DNA from: Candidatus Eiseniibacteriota bacterium
GTDB taxonomy: Bacteria; Eisenbacteria; RBG-16-71-46; JACRLI01
DNA: 64,000 bases
Assembly (NCBI GenBank): GCA_025351485.1
Contig: JANXVU010000073.1
Location: 9,216 to 73,215, forward strand
Direction: 5' to 3'
The notes under the pieces were generated by a model. It saw nothing but the letters and a program-made list of their open reading frames with translations. It ran no database searches and was not told the origin of the DNA. Below, in pieces: positions 1 through 9,938 of this stretch. Each line of letters opens with the position of its first letter. The first letter of the stretch is position 1. The position numbers and the translations under genes were made by a program.

Positions 1-1724
1 GCCTGGTTGCGGTACAACCGGTTCACCTGCCCGGTTCCCACGGTGCCGCCGGTGTTGCATACGTACAGGTCCGGATAGCCGTCGTTGTTGTAGTCCCCCC
101 AGGCCACGCCCCTGCCGTTGGCGAAATTGCCGGTTCCGCTCCCGGAAGTCACGTCCTGGAACGTCGAGGCCGACGGGATCCCCCGGGTGATGCGCAGTTC
201 GTAGGAGCCATAGCGGCCGGTGTGCCCGTCGCTGCTCGCGGTGTGGCTGCAGCGAACCAGGAAGGCGCCCGTGGAAGGCGCAGCGAAGTCCAGTCGGGAC
301 GAGAGATCCCCGCCACCGCGGTTGTCGCTGGAGGTCAGCACGCTGCCGGTGTCCGCGGCCGCAAGCAACTGCAAGAAGGTGTCGGCGCCGCCGACCAGGT
401 CGTTCGTCTCGATGATGTAGGTCGCGCCCGCGGTGGCCTGGAAGCGCACCCAGTCGGCGTCGGCGCCGCCCCCGGCAATGTAGAAGGTATGGGCGGAGGG
501 CGTGCCGTCGGTCAAAGCGGTCACCGCGCGCGAGGCGAAGTCGTCGTTCTCATAGACGTCCGGGAAGAACTGCATCTTCTCCAGGCCAAACGTGGTGATC
601 ATCTCAGCTTGGTGGCCCAGGCCACGCGCAAACCAGCCGTCCCAGAAAGCCTCGATGGTCACGGGTCCGTTTCCCGTGAGGTAGTTCTTGAACACGTCCC
701 AGGTATTGGTGTCGGGGAGGGACAGGGGGTCATCGTCCACCCCCGGGTGCACGTCGGGCGTGGACGGGCCATCCACCAGGTCCCACAGGGCCGCCTGCAC
801 CGATACTTCGCTCGCTCCGCCGATGGCTGTGACGCTGGGCGTCTCGATCTCATAGCTGAAGTTGAGCGCGGCGCCGGTGCCCGACTCGCCGTTAAGGTCC
901 GCGTACCAGGTCGGGTTGGAAAGGCGGAAGTGGCGCCGGACCGACTGGCCGAAATAGGTGGCCCAGCCCTCGGACCAGGCCAGGCGCATGTCCTGGTGAT
1001 TGTCCCCCAGGAAATGCTGCCCACCCTGGCTGTTGTCCTGGGAGTAAATGGAGGCCATGTAGTGGCCCTGCTCGTGGTTGATCACGGCATCGCTGTACGC
1101 GTCCTCGCCGGTCAGATGGATGTAGGAGGGCAGGTCCGGGCGGCTCGCGCGGGTGAAGTAGGTTCCGTCCAGGCTGGTGGCGTTCCACAGCGCGTGGAGC
1201 GGGCCGTCCGGGCGCGCGCCGTTGACGGCCGCGACGAAGTCGATCCCGTTTTCCAGGCAGTCCAGGATGTTGAATGCTTCGCCCACCGAATGGGCCGGCG
1301 CCACCATGGGCGAGCCGCCGTTGAAGTTCAGATTGGCGCCCGGATCGTGGTTTGGCAGGGCCGCGCTCGCGACTGCAAACAGCGCTCCGCCCAGGCTGGC
1401 CCGCACTTGAAGGTGATAGAGCGTGGAATCGGCCGTGTAGGAGATCGCGCGCACGTAGACCGGACGGGACTGTGAGTCGGTGACCGGGATGGAGAAGTTG
1501 CCCAGCGTGTCGGTGCCGCCGGCGGCCAGCACCGCCTGGGTGTTCTGGTCCACGACCTGCACCACGGCTCCTCGGATGGGCAGGTCCACGATGTTGCCCG
1601 TGAATCCGGCCGGCCCGAACGGCCGGTCCTGGTACTTGAAGTTTCCGGTGGCCACCCAGTTGGCGTGCGCAGGGGTGGAGCAGGCGAGCGCGAGCAGCGC
1701 GGCCATCCAAAGGCGCCGCATCAT
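1..1724 (-). CDS. secreted Zn-metalloprotease-like protein (HExxH motif) with C-terminal FG-GAP/VCBS-type repeat; runs off the window edge (no stop inside the window)
   Basis: Reverse-complement translation from ATG at 1724 gives the signal peptide MMRRLWMAALLALACSTPAHA, an HEQGHY (HExxH) motif and a C-terminal GDYNNDGYPDLYVCN FG-GAP-like repeat. It is absent from the ORF track because it has no stop inside the window. The 222..1475(+) ORF is its wrong-strand shadow. Confidence 0.6.
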   Translation of the reverse strand, partial: MMRRLWMAALLALACSTPAHANWVATGNFKYQDRPFGPAGFTGNIVDLPIRGAVVQVVDQNTQAVLAAGGTDTLGNFSIPVTDSQSRPVYVRAISYTADSTLYHLQVRASLGGALFAVASAALPNHDPGANLNFNGGSPMVAPAHSVGEAFNILDCLENGIDFVAAVNGARPDGPLHALWNATSLDGTYFTRASRPDLPSYIHLTGEDAYSDAVINHEQGHYMASIYSQDNSQGGQHFLGDNHQDMRLAWSEGWATYFGQSVRRHFRLSNPTWYADLNGESGTGAALNFSYEIETPSVTAIGGASEVSVQAALWDLVDGPSTPDVHPGVDDDPLSLPDTNTWDVFKNYLTGNGPVTIEAFWDGWFARGLGHQAEMITTFGLEKMQFFPDVYENDDFASRAVTALTDGTPSAHTFYIAGGGADADWVRFQATAGATYIIETNDLVGGADTFLQLLAAADTGSVLTSSDNRGGGDLSSRLDFAAPSTGAFLVRCSHTASSDGHTGRYGSYELRITRGIPSASTFQDVTSGSGTGNFANGRGVAWGDYNNDGYPDLYVCNTGGTVGTGQVNRLYRNQ

Positions 1725-2233
1725 CGGGACGCTCCCACGGCAGGGGCCTCCAGCACGCGGGTGCCGTTCCATTCGGCCTGGCGGTACGCGGGCGGCCGGG
1801 CCGGCGCGCCGTCCTCGAAGGCCAGGTATGCGCCCCGGCTCATCCGCTCGCCGCCCGGCATGGTGAAGGTGATCCGGGCGTGGATCTCGGAGCGCCCACG
1901 GCGCGGAAGAGAGGCGCTCATGGCGAGTTCGCGGCGTGCACCCTGGGCCATCGCGCCAAGCTGCGTTCCGGCCGGACGCACCCAGCGGGCACCTTCAGGC
2001 AATTCCACTTCCAAGCGGATGTCCTCGAGCGGGCGCTGCGCTTCCACCACCGCCTCAAAGCGAACGGTTCCACCGGGTGGGGCTTCCACCACGCGCAGCG
2101 CCAGGAAGGCCGGCAGTTCAGGTTTGCAGGAGAGAGGGTGGCGCTTCGGTGGAGAAGCGACCGCCGGGTGGGCGAGGGTGGAGGTTAGCAGGGCCAAAGT
2201 AATGCAATGCAACCAGCGCGAGCGTGAGGACAT
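1721..2233 (-). CDS. small secreted hypothetical protein, translationally coupled to the downstream metalloprotease
   Basis: Internal ATG at 2233 is preceded by GGAGG about 10 nt upstream. The N-terminus MSSRSRWLHCITLALLTSTLAHP looks like a signal peptide. Its TGA overlaps the metalloprotease ATG as ATGA at 1721-1724. Confidence 0.4.
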   Translation of the reverse strand: MSSRSRWLHCITLALLTSTLAHPAVASPPKRHPLSCKPELPAFLALRVVEAPPGGTVRFEAVVEAQRPLEDIRLEVELPEGARWVRPAGTQLGAMAQGARRELAMSASLPRRGRSEIHARITFTMPGGERMSRGAYLAFEDGAPARPPAYRQAEWNGTRVLEAPAVGASR

Positions 2234-2589
2234 CCTGCGGGAACCTCCGTATGGGAGTGGATCATTCGAATATTCAAGGGGGTCACGGCGGATCGCAGGG
2301 TCGAGCGCGCCTCCCAAAAGTATAAGGGATTGGGCCAGATAGGGCCAGTTTCCACGGTCGTGGGAGGCGGGGCCGAGCCCGCGGGCCGTGTCCCGGGGCG
2401 TCCAGGACGGTTCTCAGGGTGAACCGCCAGGGACAATCCTTCCCGGGCGGGCCGGGCCAGGCGCCCTGTGCCCATTGGGATTCAAGAGGTTACAGCCCCC
2501 GGGCCCGGCGCCCAGGGCGGCACGGGGTATGCAATTTGCCGATACTCGTAGGCGTGGCCCCGAGGCCGCGTTTGGGATACATTCCGGAG

Positions 2590-3708
2590 ATGATCGTGAA
2601 GAAGCTGTTCCCCCTCCTCATGTTGATTGCCGCCCTGACCGGGCTGTCGGCCCTGCCTCCCGCGACGGCGGGCGCGGATCCCGGCCCGTCCTCGGATTGC
2701 GACCGGGCCGAGCGGGGGATCGGCCACACCCGCGATCTGCTGGGGCGCGCCGCCGACCGGCTCAAGACGTGCAACACCGAAAAGGCGCGCAGCCTTCTCA
2801 AGAACGCCACCGACCTCAACGAAGCGGCGCAGCAGCAGGTCGGGTCGGGGCACTGCAAGTTCGCCCTGCAGCTGGCCGATCGAGCCAACGAGCGGGCCTT
2901 GGAACTGCTCGCGATGAACTGCGAGGGTGGCGGCGGCAGTGGGGGCGGTGGCTCGAGCCTGGGACAGCTCCGGCCGGACTTCGTGCAGCTCCAGCTGGAC
3001 CGCACCGATGAAATCCTCTCCCGCATCGGGCCGCTGGTGAAGGACCGCGGCGATGAGCGCGCGCAGCGCATCCTGGACGAAGCGACCCAGATGCAGCAGC
3101 GCGCCCGCGAGCGCTTTAACGAAGCCGTCCGCAACGGCGGCAACGCCGACCGCGCCTCCAAGCTCCTGAACCAAGCTTACGAACTGACCCTGGGCGCCCG
3201 CGACCGCGCGCGCCGCGCCGAGGACATCGCCGGCCGCCGCGCCGGAGCCAACCCGGATCGCGTGGCCGAAGAACTTCGCCAGACCGACGAACTCATCGCT
3301 TCGGGCCTGGAATACGCCGAGACCAGCGGCTCTTCCGACGTGCTCCAGCGGGTCGGCATGGCCCGCGACCTCGAGACCCAGGCCCGCCGCTTCTACGACC
3401 AGCGGGACTTTTCCGAGGCGCTCCGCCTTACCCTGCGGTCCCGCGATCTGGTGCGCGCTGCGCTCGGAGGGGTGGCTTCGGTGAACTCCACCGAGGTGGA
3501 TCGTGCCCTGGAACAGGCCGAGGAGTCGCTGAACCAGGCCCGTGCCGCCAAACTGTCGCCCTCGGGCGCCCGGTTCCTGGCCCAGGCCGAAGTCCTGTTC
3601 TCGCGGGCCCAGCAGCAGCGGCTGAACGGCCGCCCGCGGCTGGCCCTGATCAGCGCGCAGGGCGCCCGTTCCATGGCGATCCGCGCGCTGGGCTCCACTT
3701 CTCCATGA
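2590..3708 (+). CDS. hypothetical secreted alpha-helical/coiled-coil protein
   Basis: ATG at 2590 sits after GGAG. Signal peptide is MIVKKLFPLLMLIAALTGLSALPPATAGA. The protein is E/R/A-rich with helical repeats and a Gly-rich linker (GGGGSGGGGS). The upstream part of the 2419 ORF is a GC-driven extension. Confidence 0.55.
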   Translation: MIVKKLFPLLMLIAALTGLSALPPATAGADPGPSSDCDRAERGIGHTRDLLGRAADRLKTCNTEKARSLLKNATDLNEAAQQQVGSGHCKFALQLADRANERALELLAMNCEGGGGSGGGGSSLGQLRPDFVQLQLDRTDEILSRIGPLVKDRGDERAQRILDEATQMQQRARERFNEAVRNGGNADRASKLLNQAYELTLGARDRARRAEDIAGRRAGANPDRVAEELRQTDELIASGLEYAETSGSSDVLQRVGMARDLETQARRFYDQRDFSEALRLTLRSRDLVRAALGGVASVNSTEVDRALEQAEESLNQARAAKLSPSGARFLAQAEVLFSRAQQQRLNGRPRLALISAQGARSMAIRALGSTSP

Positions 3709-3729
3709 GCTGATCCCCGGCCACCTTTC

Positions 3730-5139
3730 ATGCCCCCGACCGGCATGCGCACCCATCTTCGCGGGTTCCGGCCCCAGCAATCCTGCTGGGCCGCTCCCGC
3801 GCTGGCGCTCCTGCTGTTGCTACCATTCTCCGGCTCCCCCGCGCGGGCCGGCGGCGCGCGCCTGGAAATTGGCCCTGCCTTTGAGTACACGAACCTGATC
3901 TATCGCTTCAGCGACGTGCAGGTGGTGGGCACCTCGTGCGACTCGCTGCTCCATCCGGGCGGCTGCGCCGACAGCGACCTCACCGTCCTGTTCCGCGACA
4001 CCCTCCTGATCTCCAGGGACCCGGAAAGCGTGCGCGGCGCCTACGTCCGCCTTCAATACGCGGACACGCTGGGGCACGGTCGGTTCATTTCGCTCGAGCC
4101 CGAGCTCCGGATGGCCCGGGAGCTGGTCACCGGGCATCTTTACGGTTCCGGCCGGTGGCTTGCGGGTGAAGTGAATCTCGGTCTCGACCAGCGTTTCGAC
4201 CACACCCTGGACCAGCGCTTCGGCCTTTCGCGCCGGCTCGATTCCGAACAGTTGACCGGGCTTCTCGAACTGCGGAACCAGGACCTCTCGTGGACCTTCC
4301 AGGCGCGCCCCAGGGTGCAGCTGGATCGCACCGACGGCGACCTCAGCAACTACCTGCAGGATTCCAACGCCGGACGCCTCAGTTTCTCGATCGACCACTT
4401 TGACCAGCGGGGCGGCTCGGTGGAACTGGATCTGTACGCCGGTGCCCGTTCCTACCCCGACACCGTCGAGCGGAACTACCGGGAGTTCTTCGGCGGCCTG
4501 CGGGTGGACCAGATGCTGGGAGGGGGACTGCGCGCACTGGGAGCCGGTGAACTGGAGCGGCGGGCCGGCAACCGGGCCGACAGCCGCCACGACCTGTTCA
4601 CGCGATGGAGGGGCGAGGGGGAGCTGGACTACTTCGCGGATTCCTGGAAGGCGCGCCTGCGCGGCCAGGCCGACGGCTACAACTACAGCAACGCGGACGA
4701 CGTGTACTTCGACAACCGGCTGGTGCGCCTGGAGGCCCTGTACGGGCGCGACTTCGGCCTGTCCGTGGGCGTCGAGCTGAAGCCGCGCCTGGAGCTGCTT
4801 CGAACGCCGTCCCAGGCGAACGAAGAGTACAACCAGTTCTCCCTCGGGCTGGGAGCGACGCGGCTGGGCGGAGGCTTTTTGGACGTGCTGTTCGAGGCCG
4901 GCCGGCGCCATTACCTGGTCGGCGCCAGCTCTTCCGCGGACACCCTGCTTGCCACCACCCACACCGACTACCACTTCTACTCGGCCTCGGCCCTGCTCAC
5001 GCAACCCCTGGGGGAGCACTTCCGGCTCAAGGGCACGCTGGACTACCAGGCCGAGGTCCACGACGACTCAGCGGACAACAATCACATCATCTATGCGAGC
5101 GCCGAGCTGGGCTATTCGTTCCGGTTGTTCGGAAGGTAG
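3730..5139 (+). CDS. putative outer-membrane beta-barrel protein (hypothetical)
   Basis: Signal peptide AAPALALLLLLPFSGSPARA. Amphipathic alternating beta-strand pattern. Starts 22 nt after the upstream secreted gene in the same orientation, so the two are probably an operon. Confidence 0.5.
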   Translation: MPPTGMRTHLRGFRPQQSCWAAPALALLLLLPFSGSPARAGGARLEIGPAFEYTNLIYRFSDVQVVGTSCDSLLHPGGCADSDLTVLFRDTLLISRDPESVRGAYVRLQYADTLGHGRFISLEPELRMARELVTGHLYGSGRWLAGEVNLGLDQRFDHTLDQRFGLSRRLDSEQLTGLLELRNQDLSWTFQARPRVQLDRTDGDLSNYLQDSNAGRLSFSIDHFDQRGGSVELDLYAGARSYPDTVERNYREFFGGLRVDQMLGGGLRALGAGELERRAGNRADSRHDLFTRWRGEGELDYFADSWKARLRGQADGYNYSNADDVYFDNRLVRLEALYGRDFGLSVGVELKPRLELLRTPSQANEEYNQFSLGLGATRLGGGFLDVLFEAGRRHYLVGASSSADTLLATTHTDYHFYSASALLTQPLGEHFRLKGTLDYQAEVHDDSADNNHIIYASAELGYSFRLFGR

Positions 5140-5148
5140 GCGGGGGAA

Positions 5149-5817
5149 CTAGGCGGGGTCCTCGTGGTGGTGCTTGATCACCCGAGCCTCGGCCACGAAG
5201 ATGGCCTCTTCGGCGACGTTGGTGGCCAGGTCGGCCACCCGCTCCAGGTTTCGCGCCACCAGGATGAACTGAAGCGCGGGCTGGATGATGGCAGGATCCT
5301 GCATCATCCGCTCTTCGAGGTGCTCGAAGACTTCGTCTTCCAGGCGGTCGGCGTCGTCGTCCTCCGCGCAGGTCCGGCGGGCCAGCTCGCCATTGAGAGA
5401 AACAAAGGAGTCGAGGGCGCGCTGGAGCATGCCGGAGGCCTGTTCCGCCAATTTCGGGATCTGGGGCGGCAGTGCAGCCCGGTTGGGCAGGCGCACCAGC
5501 TCGGAAACGCAGTCGCCCACGTTGATGGCATGATCGCCCACCCGCTCCAGGTCGGTGGCCACCCGCAGGGCCGCGGTGATCAGGCGCAGATCGGTGGCGA
5601 TGGGTTGCCGCAGGGCCAGCAGGGTCAGGCAGCGCTCCTCCACCTCCAGCTCCATCCGGTCCATTTCGTGGTCGTCGCCTTTGAGCTGGGCGGCCAGGCC
5701 GATGTCCCATTGCTCCAATGATGCCACTGCCTTGCGGATCATCTGCTCGGCCAGCCCGCCCATGCGGGCGAGTACCGATCGAAGGTCTTGAAGCTCCCGG
5801 TCAAAGTGTCTTTCCAT
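5149..5817 (-). CDS. phoU: phosphate signalling complex protein PhoU
   Basis: 222 aa with the two PhoU repeats (..ATDLRLITAALRVATDLERVGDHAINV.. and ..ALQFILVARNLERVADLATNVAE..). It is not adjacent to pstB in this genome. Confidence 0.9.
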   Translation of the reverse strand: MERHFDRELQDLRSVLARMGGLAEQMIRKAVASLEQWDIGLAAQLKGDDHEMDRMELEVEERCLTLLALRQPIATDLRLITAALRVATDLERVGDHAINVGDCVSELVRLPNRAALPPQIPKLAEQASGMLQRALDSFVSLNGELARRTCAEDDDADRLEDEVFEHLEERMMQDPAIIQPALQFILVARNLERVADLATNVAEEAIFVAEARVIKHHHEDPA

Positions 5818-6047
5818 ATCGCCACCATATCAACTGCTTGACATGGAAACAACCACAGTCCTAGTCTGCGGCTGCGCACCTGCCAGCACCCTCCTCCGGG
5901 CGAATTTCGAGTCGGTGGAACCAGAAGCCTCCACGGCGGGTGTATCTGCCCATAGGGAATTTCCCGAGGTTTTCGGCCACGGACGGCCGGATAAGCCCAG
6001 CCCCCGGACCTCCAGCGACCTGTACCGGTGTGAACGGGAGAAGTGTA

Positions 6048-7406
6048 TTGATTTCCAGGATTCAGGGACGACTCCGGAATGCGCATGAACTGCGGAACCT
6101 CCTTTGCGCTCTCGTCCAACTCTCCATCCTGCTTCCGGCCGCCTCGCTGGCGGCGTCCGTTCCCTATGTCATCCAGGACCTCGGCACGCTGGGCGGCAAG
6201 GTCAGCGTCGCCTGCGCCATCAATGAAAAGGGACAGGTCGCGGGCTACTCCACGCTCCCCGGCGACAGCCTCACCCGCGGCTTCTTCTACGACGGCACCC
6301 GAACCTTGAACATGGGCTCGATGGGCGGGCGCAACAGCTATGCATTCGGGTTGAACCAGAACGGTCTGGTGGTGGGCTGCGCGGACCTCGCCACCGGCGA
6401 GCGACACGCCTTCATCTGGCAAAAGGGCTGGTACAGCGACCTCCTGACGCTCGGCGGTCGCAACAGTTGCGCGATGGCGATCAACGACCAGATGCAGGTG
6501 GTGGGCCGGTCGGACGTGCAGGGAAGCGGCGTGGAGCACGCGTTCCTGTTCAACGCGGCGCGGTTGACCGACCTGGGCGTGGTCCCTGCGGGCCAGCAGG
6601 CCGGCTACAGCGGCGCGGCCGGAATCAACAACGCCGGCCAGATCGTGGGCATCTCCAGCGATTCCAGCGGCGCCGGCCGGCATGGATTCCTGTACACCAC
6701 CTTCCAGATGCAGAGTGTCGGCCGCCTGGGGGGCGCGCTCTCGGTGTGCACCGCCATCAACGACCAGGCGGTGGTGGCCGGCTACTCGTTCCTGATCGAC
6801 GGCCGCACGTTCCACCCATTCCTGAATACCGGCGGGCACATGGTGGACCTGGGGACGCTGGGAGGCAGGGTTGGGAGCGCCAACGCGGTGAACCGGTTCA
6901 ACCAGGTGGTCGGTTTCTCGGAGGTATCCGCCAACGGCCCGATCCACGCCTTCCTCTACGCCAACTCCAAAATGGTGGACCTGAACACGCTTCTACCGAG
7001 CGGCAGCGGCTGGGAGCTGACCGAGGCCCTGGACATCAACGACCATGGCTCCATCGTGGGATCGGGCATCCGGGGGGGGGAAACCCACGCGTTCCTGCTC
7101 CGCCCGGCGCAGATCACCGGAACCGGCGCCGGCCCGGAGCTCCCGGTTCATATGGTTGTCACACCATCCGTTACGCGCCAGAGCGCCCGCTTCGAGTTCG
7201 GCCGGCCGTTGGCCGAGCCGGGCCGGTTCACCCTGTTTGACGTCTCGGGCCGCCAGGTCTGGACGGTTCCGGTGGCGCGCGGCAGCCGTGAGCTCGACTG
7301 GAACGGCAAGGATGGCTCGGGGAGCTATCTATCGAGCGGAGTTTACCTTGCGCGCTTCGAATCCTCCGAACTTCGCCTCACCACCCGCCTCGTCGTGATC
7401 CGCTGA
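6048..7406 (+). CDS. secreted HAF-family extracellular-repeat protein with T9SS C-terminal sorting domain
   Basis: Roughly 45-aa tandem repeats each carrying H(A/G/P)F(I/L) (HAFIW, HAFLF, HGFLY, HPFLN, HAFLY, HAFLL). Signal peptide LRNLLCALVQLSILLPAASLAAS. The C-terminus (..RFTLFDVSGRQV..GSYLSSGVYLARFES..RLVVIR) is typical of a Por/T9SS CTD. TTG 6048 (GGGAGA upstream) or GTG 6030 are the only in-frame starts ahead of the signal peptide. Confidence 0.7.
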   Translation: MISRIQGRLRNAHELRNLLCALVQLSILLPAASLAASVPYVIQDLGTLGGKVSVACAINEKGQVAGYSTLPGDSLTRGFFYDGTRTLNMGSMGGRNSYAFGLNQNGLVVGCADLATGERHAFIWQKGWYSDLLTLGGRNSCAMAINDQMQVVGRSDVQGSGVEHAFLFNAARLTDLGVVPAGQQAGYSGAAGINNAGQIVGISSDSSGAGRHGFLYTTFQMQSVGRLGGALSVCTAINDQAVVAGYSFLIDGRTFHPFLNTGGHMVDLGTLGGRVGSANAVNRFNQVVGFSEVSANGPIHAFLYANSKMVDLNTLLPSGSGWELTEALDINDHGSIVGSGIRGGETHAFLLRPAQITGTGAGPELPVHMVVTPSVTRQSARFEFGRPLAEPGRFTLFDVSGRQVWTVPVARGSRELDWNGKDGSGSYLSSGVYLARFESSELRLTTRLVVIR

Positions 7407-7713
7407 GTAGTACTTCAACGCCACATCTCAGCCCCTGAGCGACTACCGGCAAGGCAGAGCTTCCTCGATCGCAATGCGGTTTTGTTCGTCCCGGGCCCAC
7501 CGCGCCATACTTTGAGCAGGTCAAGACCTTCCGTCTCACGACCCCCGGGACAGGTTGCCCGTGGTCCGCGAAACGATCGCAGTGAGATGCGGCTCGGGCG
7601 AGTTCCGCAATGGCGCAAGACGTGCAGCCTAACAAATCATCCAAGCCGACGCCGCTCCGCGGCGCGGCTCAATTCAGGCGTTAGGCGGCGACTACAAACC
7701 TGGAGATATACCG

Positions 7714-8175
7714 ATGTCCAAAGTGACGCCATTTCTGATGTTCAACGACCAACTCGAGGCGGCAATAGCGTTTTACACTGCTACGTTCCCGGACTCTAGA
7801 ATCAAGAACGTTGCACGCACCGGAAAAGACGGCCCAATCACTTCCGCCGAATTCGTCATCGGTGGTCAGTCCTTCATGGGCTACAACGGCGGCCCGTACT
7901 TCAGTTTTTCCGAAGGGCTCTCGCTTTTTGTCGACTGCGAAGACCAAGACGAGGTTGACGAGTACTGGAACAAGCTCGTCAACGCCGGCGCAACCAAATC
8001 GCAGTGCGGCTGGATTACTGACCAGTTCGGTGTCACCTGGCAGATTGTTCCGAGGCGATTCATGAAACTCATCAGCGATCAGAACCCTAGGAAGGTACAG
8101 GCGGTGATGGAAGCCATGATGACGATGGTGAAGCTCGACGTCGCAGCACTCGAGAGAGCGTACAATCAGGCATGA
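7714..8175 (+). CDS. PhnB-like / 3-demethylubiquinone-9 3-methyltransferase-domain protein (VOC superfamily)
   Basis: 153 aa. MSKVTPFLMFNDQ..AIAFY..F.......G.I..A.F.IGGQ.F matches the PhnB family. The local GC is clearly lower than in the flanks. Confidence 0.75.
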   Translation: MSKVTPFLMFNDQLEAAIAFYTATFPDSRIKNVARTGKDGPITSAEFVIGGQSFMGYNGGPYFSFSEGLSLFVDCEDQDEVDEYWNKLVNAGATKSQCGWITDQFGVTWQIVPRRFMKLISDQNPRKVQAVMEAMMTMVKLDVAALERAYNQA

Positions 8176-8292
8176 CGATCGGCGACGCCAACGCGTTGTT
8201 GGTCGCCTGACAACGGCATGCAGCGGACGGCGTTCCGCCGCCGCTGATGCCGGACGTTAGACCGACAGACTTCCGAGGTACACGAGACCACC

Positions 8293-8799
8293 ATGCCCGC
8301 CCGCAAGATAGATAAGACGTCCAAGCCCACGGTTCGGAAACCGGCCGAGCGTACGGCGGCACAAGGCAAAGCGGCCACCGCGCTGCCGGAATCCATGATC
8401 ACCGGCAAAGCAAGCCCGGCGAAGGCTGCTGACGGTGACAAGCCGGTCTTCGCCTACATCGCCGGCTTGCCGCAGCCGCAGCGCGGCATCGCCGAAACTG
8501 TCGATGCCCTGGCGGCCAAGACGCTGCCCGGCCTGCAGCGCTCCGTGAAGTGGGGCATGGCTTACTATGGCGTCGGCGATGGCTGGTGCTTCTGTTGCGG
8601 TGGCTTCGCGAAACACGTCAAGCTCATGTTCGTGAACGGCGTGACGCTCACGCCGGTACCGCCAGTGACACCGGTGGCGATGGGCAAGGCTACGCGGGGC
8701 GTGGAACTCGAATCCGAAGCAGACCTCGACGAACGCCAGATCGCGGCGTGGATGAAACAGATCGCTGCCGTGCCCGGTGTCGGGGGGAAGAAGCGATAG
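8293..8799 (+). CDS. DUF1801 (YdhG-like) domain protein
   Basis: FAYIAGLPQPQRGIAETVDALAAKTLPGLQRSVKWGMAYYG...VKLMFVNG matches the DUF1801 pattern. Sits in the lower-GC island. Confidence 0.6.
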   Translation: MPARKIDKTSKPTVRKPAERTAAQGKAATALPESMITGKASPAKAADGDKPVFAYIAGLPQPQRGIAETVDALAAKTLPGLQRSVKWGMAYYGVGDGWCFCCGGFAKHVKLMFVNGVTLTPVPPVTPVAMGKATRGVELESEADLDERQIAAWMKQIAAVPGVGGKKR

Positions 8800-8930
8800 G
8801 GCCGAGGTCGGCCGCGAAGGCGAAGGTCACGTGGAAGCGCGTGTCCCGAGCGCGGCCAGAGGCTAGTTCCGACCCGTGCGAATCCAGTAGCTGAATCGTC
8901 GAACACGGAGCAGGCAGCCAGGAGGCACGG

Positions 8931-9395
8931 ATGAACGCGGAGTCGGAGAGCCCGGGGCGGATCTATCCGCCGACCTACCTCCTGGTGGCAGTCGTCCTCA
9001 TGGTCTGTCTGCACTTGCTGGTACCGGTCAGGCAGGTCATTTCCGCTCCCTACCGATACCTGGGGGTGATTCCGTTGGGGGCTGGCCTGGCCGGAGTCTT
9101 GTCGGTGGCAGCGATCTTCAAGCGCGCTGGGACGGCGATCAAGCCCTTCGAGACGTCATCCACTCTGGTCGTCGACGGCCTCTATCGAATCACGCGTAAT
9201 CCTATCTACCTTGGCATGGTATGCGGGTTGGTCGGCGTCGGGGTGCTGGCCGGCTCAGTCACGCCGTTCTTCGTAGTGCCGGCGTTCGCGTATCTGGTCG
9301 ACCGCCGGTTCATTCGGGCGGAGGAAGCGATGCTCGAGCAGGCGTTTGGTTCTCAGTACGCCAGCTACAAGTCACGGGTTCGGCGTTGGCTGTGA
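8931..9395 (+). CDS. isoprenylcysteine carboxyl methyltransferase (ICMT)/PEMT-family membrane methyltransferase
   Basis: Four predicted TM helices and the family signature ITRNPIYLG...E. 154 aa. Confidence 0.7.
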   Translation: MNAESESPGRIYPPTYLLVAVVLMVCLHLLVPVRQVISAPYRYLGVIPLGAGLAGVLSVAAIFKRAGTAIKPFETSSTLVVDGLYRITRNPIYLGMVCGLVGVGVLAGSVTPFFVVPAFAYLVDRRFIRAEEAMLEQAFGSQYASYKSRVRRWL

Positions 9396-9521
9396 GCCAG
9401 CGGCGCACCCAACTATTGCATGAAGGCGACGGCAGAAGGGTTGGGCGTTGCTGGACAGTCGCGACGGGAGTGCGCCCGCCGCGCCGCATCAGAAGCACCC
9501 CCCCACCTATCGGAGGTTTCC

Positions 9522-9938
9522 ATGAAGCGAGTCACTGGCATCGGCGGCATCTTTTTCAAGGCAAAGGACGCACCTGCGCTGCAAGCCTGGTACAAGCTTC
9601 ATCTCGGCATCGACGTCCAGGCGTGGGGCAGCGCTGCATTCGACTGGACCGATTCGGATGGCAAGCCCACTGGCGGAACGACCGCCTGGTTGATCGACCC
9701 GGAGGGGAGCGACCACTTTGCTCCAAGCAAGGCGTCGTTCATGGTCAACTACCGGGTTGACGACCTTCACGCTCTGGTAACGGCGCTCAAAGCGGAAGGC
9801 TGCAACGTCCTGGACAAGATCGATGACTCCGAGTACGGCAAGTTTGGCTGGGTCATCGATCCCGAGGGAAACAAGGTCGAGTTGTGGCAACCACCTGCCG
9901 GTCAATGGAACACGCCGGTGCTCCCGGCGGCAGTCTAA
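9522..9938 (+). CDS. VOC/glyoxalase-family protein
   Basis: ATG at 9522 with GGAGG 6 nt upstream. GIGGIFFKAKD.....WY...LG is glyoxalase-like. The upstream 34 codons of the 9420 ORF are not protein-like. Confidence 0.7.
   Translation: MKRVTGIGGIFFKAKDAPALQAWYKLHLGIDVQAWGSAAFDWTDSDGKPTGGTTAWLIDPEGSDHFAPSKASFMVNYRVDDLHALVTALKAEGCNVLDKIDDSEYGKFGWVIDPEGNKVELWQPPAGQWNTPVLPAAV

Noticed and set aside
222-1475. 417-aa plus-strand ORF
   Set aside because: Gly/Arg/Ala/Val-rich low-complexity translation. The minus-strand frame gives a coherent signal peptide, HExxH and FG-GAP protein, so this is a wrong-strand shadow, as is 892..1710(-).
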